From Callorhinchus milii (Eukaryota), in contig NW_024704742.1 of assembly GCF_018977255.1 (NCBI RefSeq), forward strand, positions 71,984,001 through 72,048,000: a stretch of 64,000 nucleotides of DNA. The letters run 5' to 3'. Below the pieces are notes generated by a model, which ran no database searches, was not told where the DNA came from, and saw only the letters and a list, made by a program, of their open reading frames with translations. Below, piece after piece: positions 22,790 through 37,700 of this stretch; the stretch's first letter is position 1, and each line of letters opens with the position of its first letter. Made by a program: the position numbers and the translations under genes.

Positions 22790-24685
22790 TCAACAACAAA
22801 TTACAATTCACCCAGCACTTTTCACACCAGAAGGACTGGACACTCAAGGATTTGGACCTGAGCTTGGGGTTGGAATCAGGAGTGGTGGAGGGCAGGGGTA
22901 GGAGGGTGACTAAAGGTGCGGTTGATGAGCCAGATTTTGAGACGGCCCTTGAAGGAAGCAAGGGAGGGGTCGAGGAGGAGAGGCTCTGGAATGGAGTTCC
23001 AGAGGGTGGAGCAGAGAGACTGATGGTGGGTGGGCCGGGTGGGGTACATGGTGCAGTCCGGAGGGAGTGCGTATGGGTTGGTATGGCGTTAGCAGGTCAC
23101 AAAGGTGGGGCAGAGCCAAGGACGTGGACGGTTTTGAAAGCCAGGACAAGGATTTTGAACTCTAATCTCTAGGGATGGGGAATCAGTGGAGCTGAACATG
23201 GAGGCGGGTAGTAGGATCACAACCTTTTGCAGGAGAGGATGTGAGCTGGGAGAAATTCTGAATAATCTGCAGTTTGTGGAGGGAAGGGTTAGGAAGATCA
23301 GTGAACATAATCAACCCTGGATGTGATGAACACGTGGGTGAGGGTTTTGGTGGCCTGAGGGGAGAGGAAGTAGCGGAGCCGGTAATGCGGAGGTGGGGAA
23401 AGCAGAACGGATAATAACACGGATGTTGTGTAAGGATAGTTGAGAGTCAAACAAGACGCCAAGGTTCCCAACTGGCTCAGTGAGGTCGAGTGTGCAACCA
23501 TGGATGGTGATGCTGCCAATGCCTGAGGTGAGGAGGCGCTGACAGGAGCCAATCAGGAGGGTCTCGGTCCTGTTGATATTCAACTGGAGAAAGTTAGCTT
23601 TCATCCAGGACTTAACGTCTGACAGACATTCTGTCAGGACAGCAGTGGTACTGGAGTTGAGGATGGATTCAGAGAGAGAGTTGGGTGTCATCCGCATACA
23701 TGTGGAAGTTGATCCCACTTCAGTGGATGATGTCACCATGGGGGAGCATGTAGATATTGAAGAGGAGTGGACTAAGGACAGAGCCCTGAGGAATGCCAAA
23801 CTTGACAGTGCAGGGGCTGGAGGAGAAGCTGTTTGTGGAGACAAAGTCGAGCGGTGCGAAAGGTAATAATAATAATAATAATAATCTTGCATTTGATATA
23901 GCGCTTTTCACGTCAGGAGGACGTCCCAAAGCACTTCACAGAACACACTGTAAAGTGAATTGACTGTATATTTGTGGGCGAACGCGGCAGCCAATTGCGC
24001 ACAGCAATGTCCCACAAACAGTCGTAGAATGAAAATGACCAATTTATTATTGTTTTTGGTTTTGGAGGGATTATTATTAGGCTCTGTGTGGAGTAAGGAA
24101 ACTTGCCCAAGGTTTCGCCCTGACCTGCCTGGAATTGAACTCAGGTCTCTCGCTTGCAAAGCGAGTGCTCTAACCACTGAGCTACAGGACTCCACGAGTA
24201 AGATTTGAACCAGTCAAGGACAGGACCATGAAGGTTGAGGTGAGAGGAGAGGCGGTTGCAGAGGATAGAATGATCGACAGTGTCAACGGCAGCAGATAGA
24301 TCAAGGAGCACGACGAGACAAGAGGGAGCCCTCGTCACAGGCGGACCAAATGTTATTTGTGACTGACGAAAGCTGTCTGTGCTGTGGGCAGCACCGATCC
24401 TGATTGGAGGGGCTCGTAGAGAGAGTGGTGGGAGAGGAAGGAGCGAAGCTGGGAAGCAACGACTCGTTCCAGGACCAGGGAACAGAAAGGGAGGTCCAGT
24501 GAAGATTTTTGAGGATACGGATGATGATGGCTGTCTTTAAGGGGGTGGGAATGGTGCCAGTTGATAGGAAGAGGTTGATAATGTCTTAATAGAGGGTCAA
24601 AGGGGTGTAGCTGGGAATTAAGAAGAGGGTAGGGATGGGGTCGAGGGACAGGTGGCGGGCTTTATTTTGGATATGATGGAGGTGA
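22790..24685 (-). mobile_element. L2 LINE, decayed, with a nested SINE (23863-24193)
   Basis: [29 protein letters not shown] motifs; (CAA)n tail at 22791; TTAC on both flanks of the SINE. Confidence 0.85.
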
Positions 24686-24865
24686 AAGAAGAGGGGCACA
24701 TTGCTGTGTGCAATTGGCTGCCAGGTTTCTCCCACAAAATACACAGTCACTATACTTTTGTATATTCTGTGAAGCGCTTTGCGACGTCTCAACGATAAGG
24801 CGCTATATCAAATGCAAGGATTGTTATTGAGATGAGCAATGTGGTGACATTTGTTCCACAAACCC

Positions 24866-24884
24866 TGGCCACTAGATGGCGCCA
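24866..24884 (+). promoter_or_regulatory. CTCF binding motif
   Basis: TGGCCACTAGATGGCGCCA is a close match to the vertebrate CTCF consensus. Confidence 0.7.
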
Positions 24885-25659
24885 TTGATACACAGGTCAG
24901 TCTGCAGTAGATGTTTCAGTCCATTGAAGAGGGAAATGGTAGCCATGTTCACTGAGATTATAATTAAAAGATGGGAAAGGGAAAGGTTATTGACCCATCA
25001 AGACACGACCTCCAGGCCACACAACCATCACCCACTCTCCGTCTCCCAAGGAAAGAAATTGTCCAGGTATTTCCTGATTTCCAAACTTAATCAAGCAAAA
25101 CGTTTCACAATATTCATCCAATCGTTGCAGTCCCACTGCTCAGATCGGGCTTGCTTCACTGCAGACACCACATCTTGCCTCCCACAGTCCTGATAATAGT
25201 AATAATCTTTGCATTTGACATAGCGCCTCAACGTTGTTGAGCCATTTCAAAGCACTTTACAGAATATATTGTAAAGTGGACTTGATTTGTGAGCAAAATG
25301 CAGTAGCCAATTGCACACTAGACCGCTCGCCTTGCAAGTGAGAGACCTGGGTTCAATTCCTGGCAAGGCAAAATCTTGGGCAATTTTCCTTACTCCACAC
25401 GCCTCGGTTTACCTAGCAGTAAGTAGGAACCTGGTTGTTAGTCAATTGGCGTATCAATTTTCCAGGGGTAATAATTCCTACAAAAAATAAATAAATTCGT
25501 CACTTCAATCCACGACTGTTTGTGGGACACTGCTGTGTGCATTTTTATCCACAAAATATAGTCACTACACTTTATATTCTGTGAAGAGCTTTAAGATGGC
25601 TCAAAGATGTCATACGGTGCTATATCAAATACAAGGATTATATATTATAAAAAAAGGAA

Positions 25660-26180
25660 ATGACATGTGCGGAATCCCATCACCACGTGTAAGAGTCTCC
25701 GAACTGAGAATTCCTTGCATCCCACCTACACATGGAAATGCCATAGATAGATTGTTGGAATGGAATGCGCACTCTCTCCCTGAAGGGATGCATCCTGCTT
25801 ACCGAATTCCGGAGAGTATTAGGTGCAGGTTGGCAAGAGCCAAGCCTTAGGGACAGCAGAGTGTAACTGTTGGAGTCTAACCAGCTAAAACTACATAGCC
25901 ACTGATATTGCTGTCTGGCAAGCTTTCCCGCTGCTTGTCCTACCTATTCGGGCTTTGGCTTGCAGGGTTAACAGGAGCTGAATAGGAGGATTCCCTGCCC
26001 CCAGTCTGCCCTTCCAGGTCCTGCTGATGAGCTGGGCTGTGCTATCATCAAAGTGACCTGGAATACTGTGACCCTCCTGGCTCAGGAACCGGACTGGGGA
26101 CCGTCACAAAAGGTGGGCTGGCTCTATTCCGACATTACGTTGTTATCTTGAAGCCAGTTCATTCCTGGGGAGACCCTGCT
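25660..26180 (-). repeat. Unclassified interspersed repeat; other copies at 4651-4750, 40650-41550, 44585-44845, 58130-58810, 63040-63490
   Basis: Shared blocks TTAGCTGGTTAGACTCC, AAGCCTTGGCTCTTGCCAACCTG and TTCCATGTGTAGGTGGGATGCA. Confidence 0.8.
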
Positions 26181-26722
26181 TACCACCCTCCCCTCCACCC
26201 ACCCAAGGAGGATAGTCATTAAGAAGGACTTAATGTGCCTGACTGACCTACATCAAGTCCTAGATAAAGGCTTCTTCTTTTTACATTGCATTGATCTGAT
26301 GTTTGAGTTTAATCCCCTGGCTCTGCAGCTTAATAAAATTAAACGTAAATTAAAATGCCAGGGCTCAGGAATCTGAGTTTGAAAAGTATGGAATTAAATC
26401 ACAGAATGAAAACTAGTAGTGTGAATAAGTGCCCCCCAACCCTTGAGAGGATATACAACAACAAATCGTATTTATACAGTACCTTTCATGTCAGGAAGAC
26501 GTGCCAAGGCTCTGGACATGCAAACACATATAACAACTTGCATTTATATAGTTCCCTTCACATGGGGTAGCGTCCCAGAGCGCTTAATGCATACACCATA
26601 TTAACATATATACCGAATACCCCCAATATACAGTAAATATACACTGTATATTGCCAATATAACCAATTAGTAAAAACCAAAAGAGTTGCACAGGGATTGA
26701 ACACTCCTAGTTTAGGCCATCT

Positions 26723-27085
26723 GGAGTCCCATAGTGTATTGGTTAGAGAAATCGCCTTGTAACTGAGAGGACCTTGGTTCGGATTCCCAGACAGGGCAAA
26801 ACCTTAGGCAAGTTTCCTTATTCCACATCTCTCTGTCTAACCTAGCAGTCATTAGGAATCCAGTTGTTAGTTGATTGGCGGATCATTTTACCTTAAAAAT
26901 AATAATCCCTTCAAAAAAGTTTGGTCACTCAATCCACGACTGTTTGTGGGATACTGCTATGCGCAATTGGCTGCCGAGTTTCGCCCACAAAATACAGTCA
27001 CTCCATTTTACAATAAATTCTGTGAAGCGCTTTGAGACGTTTCGATGATGTGATAAGGCGCTGTATCAAATGCAAGGATAATTAT
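26723..27085 (+). mobile_element. tRNA-derived SINE, full-length; further copies near 25325, 32915, 36515-36869(-), 37282-37470(-), 54127-54451, 57746-58072, 61150-61435
   Basis: Family signature head, body and ATCAAATGCAAGGATTATT tail. Confidence 0.8.
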
Positions 27086-27494
27086 ATTTATATAGCATTT
27101 TTAGACTTGCCACAATTTGTTAAATAGTTGCATTTTGTTTCACCAAAACGTACAGAAAACTGGCTTCAAACTTAGGGTTGTGTATACGAATGAGAGCAGA
27201 GCACAGAAGGGAAGATTAAAGTCATAAAACAGAAAAAAAATACGAACAAACTAAACATGTGAAGTGTTCTGACTGTATTTTTGTGGGTGAATTAAGAGAA
27301 AAACAGTGGAATTTCTCTCCCAATCTTCCTTTCAGCTTTTTGCACAGGCTGCAGTTGTGGGGTGAAAGTTTTCGTGTCTGCTCAGGGCTGTTGTTGTCCC
27401 CAGTTAAACACTTTCTTGACCATTCAGAGCCTCCGAGGGGACTGAGCCCCAGCTATCAATTTACCGCAACTTCTGTCTCCAACACAGAGAAAGA

Positions 27495-28400
27495 GGGAGA
27501 GACCCTCAAACAGGGAGACAAAGAGGGAGAGAGACAGAGACCCTCATACAGGCAGAGAGGGAGAGACCCTCATACAGGCAGAGAGGGAGACCCTCATACA
27601 GGCAGAGAGGGAGAGGGAGACCCTCATACAGGCAGAGAGGGAGAGGGAGACCCTCATACAGGCAGAGAGGGAGAGGGAGACCCTCATACAGGCAGAGAGG
27701 GAGAGAGAGACCCTCATACAGGCAGAGAGGGAGAGAGAGACCCTCATACAGGCAGAGAGGGAGAGGGAGACCCTCATACAGGCAGAGAGGGAGAGGGAGA
27801 CCCTCATACAGGCAGAGAGGGAGAGGGAGACCCTCATACAGGCAGAGAGGGAGAGGGAGACCCTCATACAGGCAGAGAGGGAGAGAGAGACCCTCATACA
27901 GGCAGAGAGGGAGACCCTCATACAGGCAGAGAGGGAGAGGGAGACCCTCATACAGGCAGAGAGGGAGAGGGAGACCCTCATACAGGCAGAGAGGGAGAGA
28001 GAGACCCTCATACAGGCAGAGAGGGAGACCCTCATACAGGCAGAGAGGGAGAGAGAGACCCTCATACAGGCAGAGAGGGAGAGAGAGACCCTCATACAGG
28101 CAGAGAGGGAGAGGGAGACCCTCATACAGGCAGAGAGGGAGAGGGAGACCCTCATACAGGCAGAGAGGGAGACCCTCATACAGGCAGAGAGGGAGAGGGA
28201 GACCCTCATACAGGCAGAGAGGGAGAGGGAGACCCTCATACAGGCAGAGAGGGAGACCCTCATACAGGCAGAGAGGGAGAGGGAGACCCTCATACAGGCA
28301 GAGAGGGAGAGAGAGACCCTCATACAGGCAGAGAGGGAGAGAGAGACCCTCATACAGGCAGAGAGGGAGAGAGAGAGACCCTCATACAGGCAGAGAAGGA
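27495..28400. repeat. Minisatellite with 30/24-bp units, GAGACCCTCATACAGGCAGAGAGG(GAGAGG)
   Basis: About 30 near-identical units; periodic ORFs on both strands. Confidence 0.95.
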
Positions 28401-28489
28401 GAGGGAGAGAGACAGACAGATAGAGGGAGAGAAATAGACAGAGAGAGAGAGAGAGAGAAAGATCCTCACTCGGGGAAAGAAAGAGACCC

Positions 28490-29412
28490 AGAGAGAGAGA
28501 GCCTCAGACAGAGAGAGGGGGAGAGAGAGCCTCAGACAGAGAGAGGGGGAGAGAGAGCCTCATACAGAGAGAGAGGGGAGAGAGAGCCTCATACAGAGAG
28601 GGGGGGAGAGAGAGCCCCAGACGGAGAGAGGGGGAGAGAGAGCCCCAGACAGAGAGAGGGGGAGAGAGAGCCCCAGACAGAGAGAGGGGGAGAGAGAGCC
28701 CCAGACGGAGAGAGGGGGAGAGAGAGCCCCAGACAGAGAGAGGGGGAGAGAGAGCCCCAGACAGAGAGAGGGGGAGAGAGAGCCCCAGACGGAGAGAGGG
28801 GGAGAGAGAGCCCCAGACAGAGAGAGGGGGAGAGAGAGCCCCAGACAGAGAGAGGGGGAGAGAGAGCCCCAGACGGAGAGAGGGGGAGAGAGAGCCCCAG
28901 ACAGAGAGAGGGGGAGAGAGAGCCCCAGACAGAGAGAGGGGGAGAGAGAGCCTCAGACAGAGAGAGGGAGAGAGAGTCCCAGACGGAGAGAGGGGGAGAG
29001 AGAGCCCCAGACGGAGAGAGGGGGAGAGAGAGCCCCAGACAGAGAGAGGGGGAGAGAGAGCCCCAGACAGAGAGAGGGGGAGAGAGAGCCCCAGACAGAG
29101 AGAGGGGGAGAGAGAGCCCCAGACAGAGAGAGGGGGAGAGAGAGCCCCAGACAGAGAGAGGGGGAGAGAGAGCCCCAGACAGAGAGAGGGGGAGAGAGAG
29201 CCCCAGACAGAGAGAGGGGGAGAGAGAGCCCCAGACAGAGAGAGGGGGAGAGAGAGAGCCCCAGACGGACAGAGGGGGAGAGAGAACCCCAGACAGAGAG
29301 AGGGGGAGAGAGAGAGCCCCAGACGGGGGGGGGGGGGGGGGGGGGGGGGAGAGAGAGCCCCAGACAGAGAGAGGGGGAGAGAGAGCCTCAGACGGAGAGA
29401 GGGGGAGAGAGA
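28490..29412. repeat. Minisatellite of about 26-28 bp, AGCCCCAGACAGAGAGAGGGGGAGAGAG
   Basis: Directly visible tandem array. Confidence 0.95.
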
Positions 29413-29857
29413 AACATGGACACACAGAGAGATGGGAGTGGGATGGTGGGGGTCACCGACAAAAAGACAGAGAGAGGAGACGGGAGGGGATGGGGGGGGG
29501 ATGGGGGGGGGGAGAGATAGAGAGGGGTGAGAGTACCAGAGGCAGGAGGGGGCATATTGGGGCTGTTGTGTGTGACAGAGGAACATTAATTGGGAGCAGT
29601 AGGGAGTTGCCCCACAACCTTCCTGGGAATGATATAACCCGAATCCTATAAACCCAGTGACAGCACAGCCCTGGGTGTGAGGGGCTCCGAAAGTGATTCC
29701 TGGAGAGAGAAGCGATCCCTGTGTCCGGGAGGGAGTGAGGGAGAGAAAAAGAGAAAGAGAGAGTTTGTGGAAAGTTAAGATCACCAGAAAGGAGAGAGAG
29801 CGGTTACTGGGACAGGTCGGTGTGAATCAGTCATTGCTCACTGTCAGGAATATGTTG

Positions 29858-30445
29858 CAGAGAGAGAGAAGCAGAGAGACACAGAGACACACACACAGAC
29901 ACACACAGACGACGAGAGAGAGACACACACAGAGACCCACATACAGAACGAAAGAGAGAGAAACACGCACAGAGACACACACAGACAACGAGACACACAG
30001 ACACACACACAACGAGACACACAGACAACGAGAGAGAGAGACACACACAGACACACACACACAGAACGAGAGAGAGACACACACACACACACACAGACAA
30101 CGAGAGAGACACACACACACCTGTACAGACACACACACACACAGAACGAGAGAGAGACACACACACAGACACACACACACAGAACGAGACACACACACAC
30201 ACACAGACACAGACAACGAGAGAGAGACACACACACACACACACACACAGACACACACACATACAGACAACGAGAGAGAGAGACACAGACAGACACACAT
30301 ACACAGAACGAGAGAGACAGACACAAACAACGAGACACACACAGACAACGGGAGACACACACACAACGAGCGAGAGAGAGAGAGACACACAGACACAGAC
30401 AACGAGAGACACACAGACACAGACACACACACACACACACACACG
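29858..30445. repeat. Compound (CA)n/(GA)n degenerate tandem repeat
   Basis: Directly visible. Confidence 0.9.
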
Positions 30446-30483
30446 GAAGGAGAGATCTGGGGATATTAAACTCCACATTAAGA

Positions 30484-31258
30484 CCGGGGTTGGAGAAATT
30501 GGCAAAATTCTGCACAATACTGTGCTCCTGACTCAGTGAATGTCTGACAACCAGTGACTGACATGTAAATGTGAGAAGCGCAAAGACACCATTGCAAAGC
30601 CAACATGTGTTAAGTACAGAGAGAATCGCTGCCTTCTCCTCATCCCCGGAGCTCTACTCAGTGTTGGTTATTATTATTATTATTATTATTAAATAGGACG
30701 AATTTTAGAAGGTTACAATTATTTTAAAAAGTTATTTAAAAACTAACAAACTAAACCTGTTAAAACAATGAAAGCAAACTTTATATATATATTTATACAC
30801 ACACACACACACAATGTAATACACAACTCAAAGTCAACTTGGTCAAGAAAAAAAAACTTTTAAAAAGCTATACTTTCCAAATAAAGAGTAAGGTGTTAGT
30901 GGCACCATTTGCAGAAAACAAACTTTGAAATACATTTTTATTTTTATTTTAAAAAAGAGAAAACGTTGAAAGCAAAGCCAGGAGCGGGAATGAACCCACC
31001 CCTGTCTCTCTGACTCTCTCTCTCGGAACCGCCCCCNTCCACCTGTCCAGGTTGTGCATTGCTGTCTCCCTGTGAACATATGTATTTAGGGAACTTTACA
31101 GGTTTATGAAGCCGCTGTTCAGATCGTGTTCTGGCTCGGCACAAGGCTGCCTCCCCGTGGTGGCTCCCGCACGGTGATTTACATAGGATTTCGCCCCAGG
31201 ACCATTTTGTCTTCAAATTTAAGATTGTGCAGAATTTTGCTGAATTCTCAAACCCAGG
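30484..31258. mobile_element. Putative non-autonomous DNA transposon relic with about 35-bp terminal inverted repeats
   Basis: 30484-30518 CCGGGGTTGGAGAAATTGGCAAAATTCTGCACAAT versus the reverse complement of 31224-31258, CCTGGGTTTGAGAATTCAGCAAAATTCTGCACAAT; no TSD resolved. Confidence 0.55.
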
Positions 31259-33959
31259 CTTCATTAGGCAGTGTTTTGCGTGGGGGAGAGATGAACCAGC
31301 TTTAAGTCTGCAATAAGTCTGCATTTGCTAAATTGACGTTCAATGTTGGTCACTCAATCCACGACTGTTTGTGGGCCACTGCTGCCGCGTTTCACCCACA
31401 ACATAATAATAATAATAATAATAATAATCCTTGCATTTGATATAGCGTTTTTCACGTCGGGAGGACGTCCCAAAGCGCTTCACAGAACACACTGTAAAGT
31501 GAATTGACTGTATATTTGTGGGCGAACGCGGCAGCCAATTGCGCACAGCAATGTCCCACAAACAGTCATGGATTGAAAATGACTAATTTATTATTGTTTT
31601 TGGTTTTGGAGGGATTATTATTAGGCTCTGTGTGGAGTAAGGAAACTTGCCCAAGGTTTCGCCCTGCCTGGAACATATACAGTCACTGCACTTTACAGTA
31701 TATTCTGTGAAGCGCTTTGAGATGTCTTGAAGATGTGATAAGGCGCTATAGCAAATGCAAGGTTTATTATTAAGATAAGCAGGTCTGATCACAGCCCCAT
31801 AATGATTCTGGCACTTGATACACCATGTTATCATATCACGGAGACGTCTCAAAGCACTTCACAGGATTCACTGTAAAGTGTAGTGATTGTGTGTTTGTAG
31901 GTGAACATGGCTGCCGATTTGCACACAGTGAAGTGAGTGATTTTTCCCTGGGGATTGTCAGCCAGGACACGGCACTGATTTGAGGTTTACTGTGTGCGTT
32001 TTTTTCTCAATATTTTATGTTAGAAATTCAGAGCAACTCATCTCATCTTGGCTGCCTCGCTCGGCCTCTGAGACAATCTGTCTCCAGGTTTAAGGTCAGA
32101 CAGGATCGTGGGGGAATCTTTAAACTGAGTCTTAATCTGCGGAAAGAGTGGCAACTGTAAATGGCAACTGGATTTAAGAATAGTTCAAAATTCTATTCAG
32201 CCATAAATGTGAAGACAGAATGTCCACAGGCGAATTTGGCAACCTTTGCCCGTTGCTGATCAGCAACCAAAAGGAAGGAGGGAGATTTGTGGATCTTGAG
32301 ATCTGAGGTGATCAGTCAGTGGGGAAAGTAAAGATGGCTATAATAAAGTATGTAGTGTTATAGAACGGAAAATGGCAGTGTTAGGAGGTGACTTTGGGGT
32401 TCAGGTGGGGAATGGGGCCTAAATATTGAATTGTTATTATTTTTCTGTTGTGGAGAGAAACACAATGAACCCACACATCGTTTATGACAGATCTGGGCCA
32501 AGGAGAGACAACTAATAATATAATAATAATCCTTTACTTCACAATAACGTGAACCGTAAAGTGAATTGACTGTACTTTGTGGATGAAACGCGGCAGACAA
32601 TTGCGCACAGCAGCGTCCCACTGACGGCTGACACTCTAGCAGAGTTCTGGGGAAGAGCGCTGCGTTGTCAGAGGTGTCGTATTTCAGATGGGATGTTAAA
32701 CCGAGCTTCCCGCCTGCACCTGTTCAGGTGGCCATTAAAAATCCCGCGGCGCTGTTGGAAAAGGGAAGGGAGTTTCTCTCTCTCCCGGTGTCCTGGCCAA
32801 CATTCCCCAGATAAAATTGGTTGTTCACTTCATGGCTGTTTGTGGGTCGTCACTGTGTGCAAATTCATTTTATAACACTTGCATTTGGTGAGGCACTTTG
32901 TATGTTGGGAAGACATCCGGTTGTTAGTCGATTGATGGATTGCTTTTCGGAGGTAATAATCCCTCCCACAAAAATGGTCACTCAATGCACGGCTGTTTGT
33001 GGGATACTGCTGTGTGCAGTTGGCTGGTGTGTTTTGCCCACAAAATACACAATCAATCCATTTTATGATATATTTTGTGAAGCGCATTGAGACATCTCAA
33101 CAACATGATAAGACGCGATATAAAATGCAAGGATTATAATATTAGGAATAATGAACAGGCAAGACTCTCTTTGAGATGTTCTATTGAGAGATCAGGATTA
33201 TTTAAATGTAAAATCAAATAATAATAAAATCAAATAAAAATGAAAGGCTATCGATAGGAGACAAGAAAGGGGGGAGATTGAGAGTTTATATATGAAGTTG
33301 AGAGTTAAAATGTATATTAAAATATATACAATATATAACTAACTGTGGGGGAAATGGGACCACAGTTGGTAATATAATATACACTTTTAGAAAGTATTTG
33401 GGAATTTTTTCGACAGAGGAGAATGGGAGAAAAAGAGAGAAATGGATGGAATTAAGTGTTACATTTTTTTTTAAAAAATCTTGATTTAGAGATTTTTGAG
33501 ATGGGTCAAAATAACATGTTCCCTGGAGCATTTTCTCATGGATAAATTCTGTTACCTATTATTTCATTAGCGAAAACTCGGCACTACCTTCTCCTCCTCC
33601 TAAAATACATCGTAAATATTCAGATTTATTTTAACCCTTGGTGGCATACAATAAAGTTTCAGTGTATATTTATTTGAAAGAATGTAAAGCTCGTGTTATT
33701 ATATAATAATGTTACATCAACAACAACAACAACAACAACAAGATTCCATTTATAAAGCTCGATAACGATATAAATAAGGTTTATTTTATTCTCTGAGCTC
33801 AGATAACATAACCTGACCTCGGGGGCAATGCAGACGGGGGAGGGCATTCACGTTTGGTCACGGTAAAACACGCGGTTCGTTGTTAACGAAAGGCGGAAAC
33901 AAAGCATTGTTAACGAGGCAGGAAAACAGGAGCAGGAGAGGAGGCAAGTCAATGGGAAA

Positions 33960-34770
<811 letters not shown>

Positions 34771-37700
34771 TGTAGACCAGGGCTTCTGTTACACACACAA
34801 ATGCGTTTGTAAACACATATATATGGATAGAATGCACAACGTACCCGCAAATATAAACACCAGTCCATATCATCTAAATTACTGACTCAAATACAAATAT
34901 ACGCCCATACACGCACACACTGACACAAACATACACACAAACAAATACTGTGCCCACTGACACAAACATACATACAAACACATATTATAAAATTACTGAC
35001 TCACAAGTACAAATATACACATACAGACATAAAATATGCACTAGTGCAAACATTCACAGATACAAACATACAAAATGTACACAACTACAAACGTACACAC
35101 GTACACAAATACAAAACCATACACAAGTGTACATTAATACGAACATACCCGCATAAAATGTACACAATTGCAAACATAACAGCAAACATACAAACCTTCA
35201 CAAATACAAACGTATATGCACAACTATATACACAAAGACTAACACACACAGATATAAACACGCACACACAAAGACCATTTCAGTTAAGTCTACCCTGCGC
35301 TGTGAGACGTGCTGGCGACACGAAAGTCGGATAACAAATGTAAATGGTGTATATATGACAGTTATTTAGTGTTGTACAAGTGTGACCTGCCTCCCCCACA
35401 CAGTGACTGACTGCTGGAGACGGTGTGGACAGCCTGGCCCTGTGCCGCTCACACAGCAGGACAGACACACAGTCAATGGGACCATATTCATTCGCTTTGA
35501 CCGGGTGCGGGGTTTCTCCTGGTTTGGGTTGTATCAACGTGAACAAAATGCATATTTTTTGAAATGAGAAACGTTTTTAAAACATGCGTCTATTTGGTGG
35601 GAGGAGGCGAGGTTAATGCCAGAGGGTGAGACACAACAGCGAGAAAATACATCCAGTTTATTACTGAGATACTGGCTTTATTGTATTATTTTTGTTAAAT
35701 TAAATTGTATCAATAAAAGCTTTCAGTGACACACATTGACCCGGGTTTATCCAGTGACTCACAATTCACAGAGCTATTGAGAAGTCAAATTATTTCATTT
35801 CGTTTCACACCCGAGAGAATATTGTCATTTTCTGTGTGCAAACATGGAACCGGATTTAATTATATTTTTAACTTTCTGTTTTTAACATAAAATGGCTTCG
35901 ATTCCCGGCTCTCAAAAAAAATGTAATTTAATTTACCTTTATACAACAAAGCCGAACACAGTTCATAAACCCGCAATAATTATTTTTCACATGTACATTG
36001 AACGAATTCCGAAATAAATTTTTGGTTTAAAAAAAGTTGATTTTAGCAGTGAATTCGCTTAGAATTAAATTGGTTTAAGCTTTTGACTCCTGTCCTCTGT
36101 AACTGTGCACTATAAAACCTTCACAAAATATCAGTTATAAAGTAAAATGCGTCCTAAGGCGAAAATGTCTTAACTGTTCTGTCAAAGATCGTTGCTATCA
36201 GTGAAACACATCAAGTGCAGAGATCTGACTGTACACAAGTTGGCAATTAAATAATAATAATAATCCTTGCATTTATATAGCGCCTTATCACATCGTTGAG
36301 ACTTCTCAAAGCGCTTCACATGATATACTGCCACATGAATTGACTGTATATTTTGGGGCAAAATGTTGGCTTCAATCATAAATAATTTGCTTTATGTCGA
36401 AATTCCACCTAAATATCTCCTGTTTCAATCACAATTCTACATTCGAAGCTGATCACTGACTGACTGTCACACCGCTTATGTTGAATTAAACACAACATTT
36501 GTTAATTCCTGGTAGTAATAATAATAATCCTTGCATTTGATATAGGCTTTATCACATTGTTGAAACTTGTCAAAGCGCCTCACAGAATATATTGTAAAGT
36601 GGAGTGACTGCATATTTTGTGGGCGAAACGCAGCAGCCAACTGCGCACTGCAGTGTCCCACAAACAGTCGTGGATTGAGTGACCACATTTTTTTTGAAGG
36701 GACTATCCTCCCAGAAAGTGATCCACCAATCAACTAACCTAGTTACTGCGAGGTAAACAGAGACGGGTGGAGTAAGGAAACTTCCTAAAGGTTTGTCCCG
36801 ACTGGTAATCGAATCAAAGTCCTCTCGCTTGCGAGGCGAGCGCTCTGACCATTACCCTACGCGACTCCAATATATACACTGTGTGTATATATATATATAT
36901 AGTATATAGAACCTCATTTCAGACACTGCTAATCTCTAGATTAACAATAGTTACAGTCCCTATAATACTTACAACGTCTGATTTTGAGGTCAGACACCTC
37001 TTTCACCTTCAACAATAAAAAGTCCTGACTTGATAGTCCAGCACCAAATACATCCTCCTTTCTGTCTAAAGTTCCCAAGTCCCCAGACTGTCAGAGAGAC
37101 TGACAGCTCTGTTTTTTATCTGGGGAATTATTGGCCAGGACACTGTCAGATAGAAACTCCCTTCTATTTTCCTATAGCGCCACAGGATCGTTAAAGTCCA
37201 CCTTGAACAGACAGGACTTGATAGATCCTTTACAATATATCCTGTGAAGCGCTTTGAGACGTCTAAACAACGTGAAAACAGTGGTGGATTGAGTGACTAT
37301 TTTTTATATTAACTCAGGAAAAGCGATCTACCAATCGATTAACAACCGGGTTCCTACTTATTGCGGGGTAAACAGAGGTGTGTGGAGTAAGGAAACTTGC
37401 CCATCGTCTCGCCCTGTCCGGGAATCAAACCCGGGTCCTCTCGCCTGCGAGGCGAGTGCTCTAACCACCGCAGTGTATATATCTATCTATCTATAATATA
37501 TATATATACTGCTCTGGGGGAATTGCGATCAATTAACAGCACATACAAACTAGCGTGGCACAGGCAGCCTAATAACATATAGCATGTTATATATGTTATA
37601 CTGGTGTGGTTATTGTAAATATAATAATAATCTTTGCATTGCACAGAGCGCCTGTCACTGTCACGCCGTGAGGACAGGCGCTCCCAACCCCCACTGACAG

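Noticed and set aside
26021..26060. CTGATGAG as a hammerhead ribozyme core in the unclassified repeat
   Set aside because: No stem II followed by GAAA, and the opposite-orientation copy near 58645 lacks the motif.
27495..29412. Repeat arrays that might suggest CRISPR
   Set aside because: No unique spacers, no cas genes, and a vertebrate context.
27259..29784. Long ORFs of 392, 269, 426 and 278 aa
   Set aside because: Translations of minisatellites, open on both strands, with no domain or splice context.
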